This document shows positions 12,703 through 24,445 of a DNA stretch of 64,000 nt, piece by piece. The DNA is from Camelus dromedarius. Its lineage: Eukaryota. Each line of letters starts with the position of its first letter. Positions within the stretch are counted from its first letter, which is position 1. The stretch covers positions 7,812,001 to 7,876,000 of the forward strand of contig NC_087436.1 in assembly GCF_036321535.1 (NCBI RefSeq). Direction: 5' to 3'. Under the pieces are notes generated by a model. That model searched no databases. It was not told where the DNA came from and saw only the letters and a list, made by a program, of their open reading frames with translations. Made by a program: the position numbers and the translations under genes.

Positions 12703-12966
12703 ATTACTAAGTCTGTCTTATTGTAAAGACACTAACTACCTGCTCCTGCACCTGAGTTCCTGCCTTGTGTTCCCACCGGCTGTTTTACATTTTACTTTGC
12801 ACTTATTTCTCCATCATCTTTGTCATGAGCTCCGGGGGGAGATCAGAGATCACTCATGACTCATCTTTTGATCACCAGCTCCTAACAATATCACGTTGTG
12901 AGAACAAATACCTAAAGGGGACAGTTAAGTGGGACTGTGTCGTTTAACGGAGTTGGACTCCCCTTA

Positions 12967-12978
12967 AGTTACGTAACT
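12967..12978. promoter_or_regulatory. Perfect palindrome AGTTACGTAACT (PAR-bZIP/NFIL3-type site)
   Basis: Exact 12-bp palindrome with retained CpG in unique sequence; function not shown. Confidence 0.35.
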
Positions 12979-15702
12979 CTGTGATGCCTCCGCTGTGTGA
13001 AGTAAACTCTCCCTGCGTGGGCACCGTGGGCCCTGCTTAAAGCTCTGACCTGCGGCATATCTCCATGAGCCTTGTTGGGGGAAGCATTTATTCTCAATTA
13101 TTGACATTTTTGTCCCAAGGAGACCGTCTGTTCTCTCTGCTGCCTCACTCTTCCCTCGAAGAGAAATGTTGGGTGATTTTGAGTTTGGCACAGAGGAGCC
13201 AGGCATCTCAGTAACTCCACTCTGTGAAACTTCTTCCCTGCAGAGAGCAGGTCCTCTGATTTGCTCCCAATCAGAAGAAGCTTAGAAGTCAAAGCTCTGT
13301 CTAATTGGGAGATAACTGGAAGTTCTCAGCACGACGGTGTCTGGGCGGGCCATCTGTCTAATTCTACAGTTCGCTGTTAGAAGTCCGTAATTGCCTGATG
13401 CCCCAGCAGCCTGAAATGAGCTCTTCGGATCTCACTTTTTTGTTTGGTTTTTAGTGCTTTGAGTTTTACAGGGCAAGGTCTTCAGCTGGGGAGGCCTGCA
13501 GTTTGGGGAAGATAAGTTCAAATCCGAGGTGAAGTGTTAGTAACTTGAGTATCGATCAAGAAACTTTGAGACTTAAAAGGAGAAGTGCATGGATCAAAGT
13601 GACTTGGCATGACTGAGGCTTGGAACTGCCAGGGAAGGGACTGTGAGCGTTGGTGGCACTGAACTAAGACAGGCAGTGATAATTTATCGTTATAGTCGGA
13701 GTAATGGTGGTTGCTGCTTTGCCTGGAAGGTTTATGGGGCCCATATCATGCCAGCTGACTCTTCTCAGTCGTGTGGTTGGCTTTTCACGGCTGCAGCCTT
13801 TAAACTTTAAGCAAGTGGACTACGCGGGATTTTGATGTTGGCAGTCCTCTCTACCTTATGACTCTTTTTATATGGGCCAGTGTTGATTTTTATAAAGAGA
13901 AGGCTGCATTAGGACAGAATTAGCTAGAAAGGCTCAGGCTTCGTGGTGCATGTTCTTGTAGCGTGACTGGAAATGAACGGGCACAATCTAGACTTCCGTA
14001 AAGGACGGGGATTTTGGGGTAGAAATATTTTGACACACGTTAGCAAAAAACAAAACAAAATGAAACAAAAATATTGCTTTCCTTCATTATCAGCCCTATC
14101 TATGGGATGGGATGTCAAATGTCACGGCATCTGATCTCTGCCTGAGCCACAGAGCACGGGTGATCGTCTAGATCTGGTTATTTAGACCACGTTGACATGT
14201 TACGTTCTGCATTCAGAAACAAGCATGGGTACTTGGGGAGATGACCTGGCATTTCTGTGGCTGGTTCACAGGCTCGAGATTCCACCCTCTTAGGACATGG
14301 CCTGTAATTAACCGGGGTTTGCATTGACTGTATAATCTACAACCGCAGCTTTGGAGTTTAAAGACTGAAATTAAACTGTCTTGACGAGCACATGGCAGGG
14401 ATATTGGTTCTTCTGACTCTGGGACATAAATTTAAGAAGTATCGATTCAGTCCGAGAAGCCCCTGAGGATTATTGTGAAGCTGACACAAACACTGAGACT
14501 GGACAACACTTGAGTGTCAAAACACAGGACTCAAATATAAAATGCAAGGTAAGAATTCTGAGTGTATAGAAAAGAAAATGAAAAGCACTTCACTTAATAT
14601 CCAGTGACTGGAATTGTCATCACATTAAATTTATAAACTTTAAATGAAGGCAGAAATGGCCCTACTGTACTTTTGAGGGCCACCCTTCACCTCTACGTGC
14701 ACACACATATGCTCAGATGTCCTAAAGATGGATTCTGGTTAAGCTGACTTGACTGCATTCTCATGAAGCCAGAATCACTGAGCAGCAGATCCAATGACAC
14801 AATATGGAATAAAAGTCCAGGTAACACACCTGCTCTAGGCTCTGGGGATTGACTTTCTCTAAATTCAGTACATGTAGTGCCAGTTCCGTGATGGTCCTGT
14901 GTCCTTTTATCAGGATGTATTCTTTATAGTGAATATGGTAGAGCCTTACATTTGGACCAGTACAACTCCTGAAGCTTTAACTGAACCGGCTTTCTACCAG
15001 TTAGAGGCAGCTGAGGCAGAAGATGCAAAAAAAGCACAAAAGCAATCTAGCTAAGTGTTGGTCCTCTTTTTAGAAGACAAATAATTTATTCATAAACTAG
15101 GTAGGTTACATTTTGTACTTTATTTTTTTAACTCCAAATCAATATGGAAAGAGAACTTGGCTTTTCCCTCAAGTTTATTTGACCTTTAATTCTCAAAAAA
15201 AAAATTTAACTTGTAGCTTTAATTTCTCCAGGAGAATTTGGTAATAGGAGATAGTTATTTCAAATGTGGGGCAACATTTTCTGGAGCATCGTATGGGAGT
15301 TTCATTGTTAAGTATTTAATATCACTGAAGGGCTTCTGAAAGGCTATATTAAAGAACATGGCTAGAAAACATTAGAATGGGAAGTAAAAGAAGAAATGAA
15401 ATTTCAGCCTTGAATACAGAATGGTGGCCTTGTAACTAACTTAATTAACGCACGGTTATAACCCATTTTAGGCTCTTATGCTTTCTAGGAGCATTTATAA
15501 AACAGCTATCTTTGTTTTGGGATCCTTTCTTCCCTGTCCCAATAGACTGAATCACTCTCTTTGATTATAACATTAATGGTTGAGCTCAGTGAATTAAAAA
15601 AAAAAAAAAAAGCTGGGGCTTTTTGAAGAGGTCCGTGCATTTATCGAAGACTCTTCAACTCTTTCTGTTCTTTTAGGTACTGACTTACCTCATTATTGAG
15701 GA

Positions 15703-15783
15703 TAATGCAAATTTCACAGCAGATATGCCTCCGTCCTCAGACTTGTCTACCTGCGGAGACCACGTGCTCTGGAATTTGCATTA
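15703..15783. promoter_or_regulatory. Inverted repeat with two octamer (ATGCAAAT) motifs and an E-box
   Basis: ATGCAAAT 15705-15712, CACGTG 15761-15766, ATTTGCAT 15774-15781; 19-bp arms with 2 DNA mismatches. Confidence 0.45.
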
Positions 15784-18013
15784 AATTTAGCATTTAAAGG
15801 GCCCTACTCTTTGGAAAAAGTCTTTCAGTTGGCTACAGCTACTTGAGACGGGATGGAAAAGCCCAGAACTCTGGTGTTCAGCATTAGCAAACCCATTTTT
15901 GCTGCACACCTAAACACTACCATGGGGAAATAGAGGAAAAAAAGAACAAAAACTCACTGGCATTTTACTCTTCATTGGCCTGACTCCTGATTCTCTTTCA
16001 TTTGTTTATGAAAAAAACAGAATCTGGATATGAAAAAAGCACAAATTTTCATCTATGACGATCTCAACAAACCCTAGGAAATTATGACCATAAATTTAAT
16101 TGATTCTGTGTCAGGTTTTCACAATTTGGGGGGTGGGATAAAAGATAAAGAACGTATACAAGTGGGAGAGATAGGCTGTGTAGAAGGCTAGAACATCGTT
16201 CTGAAGTGTGTCATTTGTGACTTTGTCAAAAGGAGACATTTCAGGCATAAAGTGATTGCAGATTCTGAAATTTGTTTCTGTTAAAAAAAATATGTAAAAA
16301 TACTACCAGTTGTTTATTTTAGATAATTGTGTAACATGATGGTCAAAGAGTTTTAACATTTTTAGACCACTTTCATAGACACGTGCTTCCCCAAAAAGAA
16401 GACATGTGTTGATAATTTAACAGAATGACTGGGGTTCTGGTCTAGCAATAGCTTGATGGTAAACCAGTTGAGTCTAGGGGAAGAACACAGAGATATCCCC
16501 ACTGCCACACTCAGGTTTCACGACATCAGTCAAGGAATTAAGTATTAACCTGCTGACTGAGATGTTGACCTGAAGGGTCTCAGAGTACAGCACCTCAGGG
16601 CTCATCTCGTAACTATAAACTCATTTGCCCTACTGCATGACTCGGAGTTAATTGCTGTGACCCAAACAGTTTTCTGCCTTGGATTTCAGCTACAATATTC
16701 GTGCTTAATTCATTACATAATTTAATCATAAAATGAAGGACTTGACGGAATAGAAGGAATCAAAAATATTTTTAAAGAAGTATGAGGTTAGAACTCCTTA
16801 CAAATATGGAAAAGCTTTGACAAAATATTTCAATATATTTGTATCATTTCCCAAGTGAATGATTCTCAGTGTGGCATATACTTACAAAAGTTGGTAGCCA
16901 GTATTCCATTTATTTTTCTTACTGAAAAGAGAATACATTTCAAATTTATTTCTGGAAGGGCAAAAATGCAGTTTAAATGTGCATTAAAGTCAGAAACCAA
17001 ATCTGACATATACATTCATTCTGTGGAATAGGACCAGTTTTCAGTTTTCACTTTGACAAGCCTTCTGGTGAATTTTTGAGTTTGACTTTAATAATTAATC
17101 TCTAGACTTAAAAGGGGAAAAATTCTTAAATGCATGTGGATTGATGTTCTCTTTAGATATATTTTTCTCTGAGAGAAAATTGATTGAGTCTCCTTAAGTC
17201 TGCAATTATAAGAATCACACTTTTGAGTATTATTAAAAATTGATGGAGGCAAGAGAAGTGTCAGTTTTATATGCTGCCTGTGGATTTAAGTTCATGTTGT
17301 GGGGAATGTTAGTGAAAAATGATAAAAAAAAAATAGAAAAATCTTTTTATTTCACATTCTGTCTGCAAGTATGAGAAATCATTTTAATTCCTGCATGAAC
17401 ATCTTCTTCTTCTGTGATGATCATCCAGCTCGATCTGAAGAAGGGTAAGTATTCAGAGATTTCATGTAGATTGAATAATCTATACAAAAAAAAAAAAAGA
17501 CTGCCTGGAATTTAAAAGCTCATATAAAAACAAAGAGTCCAAAAAAGTATCAAATGCAACAAAACGGATTCAACAGGGACTCAAAAAAAAAAAAGCAAGA
17601 AAATTTTGATATCTTCAATAAAAGAAAATTTAGAATCATTGAGTTAGATTTCAAATTGGCAACATCCCTTACACTGATTCACTCATTGGAGTTGCTCATT
17701 AGCATGAAAAATAGTCTTTATAACATTTTTGCTCATGTTAGAAGTATGTAATGAGTGAAAATAAGAAAGCATATAAAAGATGTCAGTGTTTCAAAGCAAT
17801 AAACAAAAGTAATAAAAAGAATACAACCATCTTGACTTTACATGCTAATTAAGGTGATTTGTTATACATTAACAAATGAAGTTAGAATTACAATATGTTG
17901 AGTTGTTGGATAGAGTGGAAGATTTCAGAGGAAAGATTATTTAGCCACAGAACTTAGAATGCTCAAATTAAATCTGCTTGAAAATATTGCAGCAAAAGCT
18001 CAGTTTTAACATC

Positions 18014-18205
18014 ACTATATACAAAACAGATAAACAAGGACCTACTGTATAACAGGGAATTATATTCAGTAGCTTGTAATAACATATAATGGAAAAGAAT
18101 CTGAAAAGAAGAAATATATATGTATGTACATATTTAACTGAATCACTTTGCTGTATACCCAAAACAAATATTGTAAATCAACTAAACTGCAATAAAAAAA
18201 TTTTT
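18014..18205 (+). mobile_element. 5'-truncated L1 3' end
   Basis: L1 3'UTR; TSD aaagctcagttttaacatc (17995-18013) / aaagctcagttttacatc (18206-18223). Confidence 0.9.
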
Positions 18206-18344
18206 AAAGCTCAGTTTTACATCGAGCAGCTTCTTTAATAAATTAATATTGCACAATAAAGTTACCATGGAAATCTAGGTCCAAGCTTTCACTGAATTTA
18301 CCAAAATGATAGATTCATTGAATTTTAACTTTAGGAATTTGAAT

Positions 18345-18480
18345 AAGATTAGTTTATCCAACTACTCACTTTATATTTCAGGAGATGAGCCCCAAACAGT
18401 TACTCAAATTTTCCACAGTAGCAAAGTCAGTAGGTGAAAACCAACATTAGGATCCAGTTTTCCTGAATTTTAATCCAGTT
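18345..18480 (-). mobile_element. MIR fragment
   Basis: Degenerate MIR core ('ctcactttat...gagatgagccc...ttttccacagt...attaggatccagttttcctgaattttaatccagt'). Confidence 0.45.
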
Positions 18481-19277
18481 AGCTGACCCAGATTCACAAT
18501 CTGGAGGCGCCACAGGAACCCAAACAATGGTCAACCTCTCAAGCCCAGTTGAGGGAATGACCTAAGTATGAACTGAGAATGGCTTACGTGAGACACATGC
18601 CCCAAAGCCATGGACCAGACCTTCTTCCCACTGAAACAGAAAAAGAACCTTATGACCTTGCCCAGACTGGAAACCCCCAGGAAAATAGCAGGGGGCAGAG
18701 ACTTGAGCAAAGGCTGACTAAAGTACTTGAAAGCCAATTAGAAAGCATCCCATGCTTCCAAAACTCAGACCCTAAAAGAAATTCCCACCCAAAGAAAATG
18801 CCAACCAAAGATTGTGGCTCAAATACCATAAAATCCCACTTTTCACTGAGATTTAGCAGATTTTTTTGAATGAACATCTCTTCATTTGCTGCATGCTTTT
18901 TTCCAGAGACCTAAAAGTCCCAGAAATTTTAAATGATCGATTTTTCTAATTTTTTTTTCTAGTTAAATGGTAGTTTGCTGGGAAGATAGTCCACCACACT
19001 AATCATTTTAATGGTTACCTTTAATTGTTTTATATATTAAAGTTAACACATGGAAATTTTCCTCTCCATGTTTTCTTTATTGCTCAGTTTTTCTTTCTTT
19101 TGCTTTTAGCTTTAGTTTGTCTGGTGAGTCTCTCTTCAAACCTAAGTATTATATCCTCCCAGGGTTAATTAAGGAAGTAAGGATTTGTTAATGAGGTATT
19201 TGGGGAATTTCCACATTCTCTTTTCATTACAGAGTGTTTCCGTGGAAATCAGATTTAACAACAATATGGAGTTGTCC

Positions 19278-19338
19278 AAAGTCAACTATACTTCAGTTAA
19301 AAAGAATTAATTAATTAATTAATTAACTAACCAAAAAA
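19278..19338 (+). mobile_element. Ultra-short L1 tail with (AATT)n-derived tail
   Basis: 'tcaactatacttca' L1 terminus; TSD atggagttgtcc (19266-19277) / atagagttgtcc (19339-19350). Confidence 0.7.
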
Positions 19339-19479
19339 ATAGAGTTGTCCCAAATCTAGTCCTACAAATAATTAGACAATTTTATCTCACCTACTGCTCT
19401 GTTTGTTGTATTTTGTTTAACGGTCAACCCATATCCTCTGGTCATTTCTAATGTATTTTTCTATATTTTATTGATTAGT

Positions 19480-19565
19480 ATTATATATATATAATATATA
19501 GTAACTCTATATATTTTATATATATATTTATTATATATATATATTTATATTTATATATATATAAA
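19480..19565. repeat. Degenerate (TA)n microsatellite
   Basis: Direct inspection. Confidence 0.85.
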
Positions 19566-19599
19566 TAAAACATATTGTAATCCAGCTTTAAACCACTAT

Positions 19600-19900
19600 C
19601 TGGCTTCCTTCATCTTTCACTTGGTCTCTTTGTTGCCAGTCTCCTGGTTTTCCTTCAGCTTCACAGGATTGTAGCTTTCAGTCCCTTTCACTTTTTCTCT
19701 TTTACTTGAATTTTAAATTTTATAATTCCCCTGTGCTCTTCTCTGTCTGCATCTTTTTTCTAGTTTATCTTTCATCCCAGAGGTCTTAACCTCTCAAGTC
19801 TCCATTCTCCAAATTTTCTATCTTAAGCGAAGACCCAAGACCACTAGACTGATACGTGTAACTGTCTACTTAAAACTTATTTTTGCTAAAATGGAACTTC
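19600..19900 (+). mobile_element. L2 fragment
   Basis: 'tctttcatcccagaggtcttaac...ctccaaattttctatc...actagactgatac...aactgtctactta' resembles the L2 ORF end. Confidence 0.45.
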
Positions 19901-20946
19901 TGCCATCTGATAAGCATGCTGGCTCTAAATTTGGCACATAGCCACACATTTTTTTTTTCTAATCAATACCATGATACAGAATAACAATCAAACATAAAAC
20001 TTCTCATCTCTTTTTGAATAATTATTCACAGTATTTTTTACCAGCCAATACAGTGTGAATTAAACAAACAGGAAAAAAAAACACAAAGCAAACAAACAAA
20101 AAAACCTTAGAGTTATTATCTTTATAATTATAGGGAAAAGACCATGGAAATGGCCAGATTACTTTCATGTCTGCTTCTAATTCTATCAACTAACTTTAAA
20201 GAAAATCACCAGCTTAACATCATGTTCTCAATTTATTTGTTCTTGTATGACTCTTGAGAAATTCATAACACATCTTTTGACTTTGTCATTCCATAAGGGC
20301 TTATTTTCAAGTTTGGCTGCCTTTTTTTTCAACCTGAGATATAGTTGAACGTAGTTTTAGCCTATGGCTTCAATAAATGTTCATCAGTTGTTTAAGCTTC
20401 AAATTCCAAGGTGGTATCAACTTTAATCTCGAAGCTAACTTGAAGGTAGTCTTTACAACTGATTTAATCAAACTTTTCATTATATTGCTCCTGGAAAACA
20501 AGTATCTGTAATATGGCTCAAAGTAGTTTTGGGGCTTCACATTTTAATAAAACCTCAATAGTTCTGAATTCATTGCAGTCAGTAACTCTGACTCATACAG
20601 ACGATTCAGATTTGTGTGCTGAATCCTGTTTTCAGAACTAAATACCATATTTGAAGTCATCACTTGAGTACATTCTGTATTTTAAATGGACTATTCTTAC
20701 TTCTCAGTAATTCAGTAATTTTAGTTGGGTCAGTGCTATCATCTTCCGCACTGTAAAAATTATGTCAGAATTTATACTTATTTAAATTTACTCTGAATTA
20801 TTCACAATGTCTTACTAAAATCAGACTTTGATTTAGAGAGTTTCAAAAGATTATTTAGGGATGTGAATTTTATGTTTCCCTATCAAATGTAAAATTACTG
20901 CTTTAATTACGAAGTCATTGATAGATTGTAGATCTCTGTCTCTTAC

Positions 20947-21286
20947 TGTTGACCTGGAATAAACAGACTGATAGATATTTCTCCAGCAAAGATGGGTTTA
21001 TTTGTGATCAGCAGAGAATTGCAATTCTGGATCTGAAAACATGGTGAGCCACATGCAAGTCTCTGCTTGGCAAGGGAAGAGGGGCACTTTTATCGAGGGA
21101 AAAGGAAGTCAGGGGGGCTGTAGTAAACACAGGGTTCATGATTTCCATCCTCTGACTCTTTGCCAAGAAAGAAGAGGGTACTTTCTTCTTCCTGTTGGGC
21201 TCTGCTGTCATCACAGGGCACGTTTGCCCCATCTTCTGGTCTCCTAACTCTAATTAATGGAGGTTTCTGTTTAATAAATTTTCACA
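20947..21286 (-). mobile_element. ERV1-type solo LTR (laurasiatherian, ERV54-EC-like)
   Basis: TG...CA termini with perfect 4-bp TSD TTAC (20943-20946 / 21287-21290); AATAAA on the minus strand near 21000. Confidence 0.85.
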
Positions 21287-21399
21287 TTACTATGACTATA
21301 TGAGATTTTCAGTTTCCCTTTTAGATTTGGTTTTACCCCACATTTCTCCATATAGCAAACTTATAATCTGAAAGAAAGAATGTTTTTTAAATTAATTGC

Positions 21400-23150
21400 A
21401 ATTAGTATACCTAACAGAACCATAGAGTCTCAAAGTCAGTATTAACAAGCAATTTAATTGTATTATATTACATCTGTTTACTTTCAACCTATCTTTCTCT
21501 TTATATGTAAGTATGTCTTTTTAAAGTAACATTATAGGGTCTCGCTTTTTCATTCACTTTATTTTTACAATTAAATTGGAATTTTTAAATTATAACACAA
21601 TATAAATGTTGATAGGTTATGATTTAGATCTGCAATTTTATCATTTGTTTCATTTTTATTTCTCCATTTTGCATACCTCTGCTCTTTTCCTATCCTATTT
21701 TGAGTTATTCATATGTAATTTTTAGTATTCCATTGTAACTACTGAATTTTTTCCTGCTTGCTCTAGAGATTGCCATATATACACATAAATGTTCAGAGTC
21801 TACTAAGGGCTAATTTTGTACTACTTCAGATAATACATAGACTTCTTGAAGGCATGTAGATCTTGTGTCACCCTTCATGTTACAGAAAATATGTTTGCTT
21901 CCATTCAGCACCTACAGGACCTTTTCACTGAACATAGAACTCTAGATTGACAGTTCTTTTATTTGAGTGCTTTAAAGATGCTGTTCCACTGTCTTCTAGC
22001 TACAGTGGCTTTCCATGACAAATTAACTATCATTGTTAACTTTTTGTCTTTTTCTAGTTGCTTTCAAAGGTTTTTCTTTTTCTATAGTTTTTAGCAGTTT
22101 GATTACGATTTCTGTAGGTGTGGTATTTGGGTTTATCCTCTTGGAAATCCCGAGCTTCTGGGATCTGTAAATGGATGGTTTTTACCATATTTATGAAGTT
22201 TTCAGCCATTATTTCACATATGTATGTGTTTGTTTGCTATCTATAGATATATATATGTAAATTTAGAAATAAATACATCATCAATATACACAAATGTGAT
22301 TTTTTTCCCTGATCTTTCTCATTTCATTCTGGGAGTCTAATTGCACATATGTTAGACTTTTTGATTTCCCATGGGTGTGTTAAAATCTGTTCACTTGTTA
22401 TCAATCTCTTTTTTTCTCTATTCTTCAAGTTGCAAAAAATTATGCTGGTCAATTTTAACTGACTCTTCTGTCATTCATTCTACTATGGATGCCATTCAGT
22501 AAGGTTTTGTTTCTCCCCCGCATACTATGCTAGACATATCCAGATTTCCTATTTGACTTTTTTTATATTTCATTTTCAGTGGTGAAACATTTTATTGTTT
22601 ATCTTTTCTTGTTCTTCACTTTACATTTGCTTCCCTTTGCTGCTCTAAGTCTTTGCTATTTCGGTGTTGGTCTGTGCATTATTCAGAGGCTAGTCTGAGA
22701 CTTATGCAGATGGTTCAATTGTCAGTTCAGCTTTCCAAGGCTACTTGGGTCTGCCCCACGCTGTGTAGCTTAGGCATTAGGCTAAGACATGAGGTTTCAT
22801 ATCAAGAATTAGGGAATCTCCTCCAACTCTCTTCCTTCTGGGACTGTCCTATACTCTATGTCCATAGAGCATCTTTTTTTCTGGTTCCTCTGGACTGGAA
22901 GATGGAATTTCTCCTGTCATATTATTCTCTCCACACTTCTGCACTTCTCTGCAATGAGATCAGAACCTAGGAGTGGAGCCATGGGAAAGGAAACAATAAC
23001 AAGGGTGACATCCTTTGACAATCAAATCTGTTTTTCTTTACTCTTTAAAGACTCCAGGCAGTTGCTTTTTCTTATTTTACGTATATTTTAGGTGTCATTA
23101 GTAGAAAGGATGGGGTTGGGGAGGCTTATACTGTAAGTACATACCATAAC
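21400..23150 (-). mobile_element. Old L1M 5' portion (ORF1/5'UTR region)
   Basis: 'atagaactctagattgacagttcttt...ctttaaagatgctgttccactgtcttctagc...ttttagcagtttgattacgat...ttttcagccattatttc' antisense L1 ORF1 motifs. Confidence 0.75.
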
Positions 23151-24288
23151 AGAATTAGGATCTCTTTTCATGTATATTTATTCAATATAAAATATTAAAA
23201 ATACCTTCTTTTTAATTACTAGGGGCTGTTTAGTCCCAAGCCCTCAATTTACAAATAAAGAAATACAAAACTACATTAGACTTAGATATTAGCATAATTA
23301 ACATTATGGAGACATAAATATAATTTATATTTTCAAATAAAGTATTATATGAGAAACACTTATTAAAAATTAAGGTTCAGATGAGTAATTAAAATGATAC
23401 ATTGTGAAGTAATGATTACTTTTCCCTTTAATCAAAAAGGTTTTATTAAGCACTAGTAAAGTACCAGTCACTATCCAAGTTTCAAATTCAATAATACATT
23501 GACAGTTAAGAGGCACTTAGTGGAATAGAAAATAGATAGACTGATGAACTTTCTAAAAGTAGTAGAGTTTATCACATAGAGGGAGAAATTAAGTTTTCAA
23601 CAATCAGCCTAGAATTATTTTCAACATATACGCTAAAATTCACATTAGAATATATTTTATGCAAGAAAACCCCACATTGAAATTCACTCTAATTTTTTAC
23701 GTTGTGTTGAAATTACATAACCTTAGGCTTTGGGTTTATGTGTCTGTTTGTTATGTTTAATGAAAAAAGAAATTGTTCTTGTGGCATTGTAAGTGCAAGT
23801 ATATAGTGATGGACAAGCACAGAACAAAACCCACGATGCCAAAAATGCTAGAAAGAATGGAAAATTCCCTAACTGCGGATACAAGGCTTGTTCATGAACT
23901 CTCCCTGCCACTAAACTATTTCTGTGAGCCTGAAAATTAGGACAGCTTTCAAGCAATTTTCCCATTTTATTTTCTAAGACATCATCCAACAAATTATACC
24001 ATTTGTTTGGTATTGAGCTCAGTTACCAGCAATTATTGAAATTCTTCATTAAAAAAAAAATCCATCTCTAGGTGATGCATGCGATGTTTTGCATAGTCTT
24101 GATATAAGCGTCTGTGGCTAACTGACTTTGGTATCCAGAACAAAAAGGATACAGTGAGTAAGTTACAGTAAAGATCTCTGGATGAGGGAGGGTCCAAAAG
24201 GACTTTAAGTGTCTCCTCTCCTTCCCCCATGCATATCTTTCTATTCATAAAATTCATTTCTCACTGTGGTGTTGCTTTATTCTATTTT

Positions 24289-24445
24289 ATTTATTTTTAT
24301 TTATTTTATTTATTTTATTTTTTTAGGGGGGAGCTAATTAGGTTTAGTTACTTATTTATTTATTTTTGGAGGAGGTACTGGGGATTGAACCCGGGACCTG
24401 TGCATGCTAAGCGTGTGTTCCACCTCTTGAGCTGTACCTTCCCCC
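24289..24445 (-). mobile_element. tRNA-Ala-derived SINE (camelid Vic-1-like)
   Basis: Minus strand GGGGGAAGGTACAGCTCAAGAGGTGGAACACACGCTTAGCATGCACAGGTCCCGGGTTCAATCCCCAGTACC with A/B boxes; 16-bp TSD tgctttat(t/a)ctatttt at 24273-24288 / 24446-24461, TTTT/AA site. Confidence 0.92.

Noticed and set aside
17413..17440. C/D box snoRNA
   Set aside because: Only 14 nt between boxes C and D, too short for a guide snoRNA; kept only as a low-interest motif.
24365..24445. tRNA-Ala gene (also at ~40518-40591)
   Set aside because: Mutated arms, SINE-specific tail, A tract and TSDs show these are SINEs.
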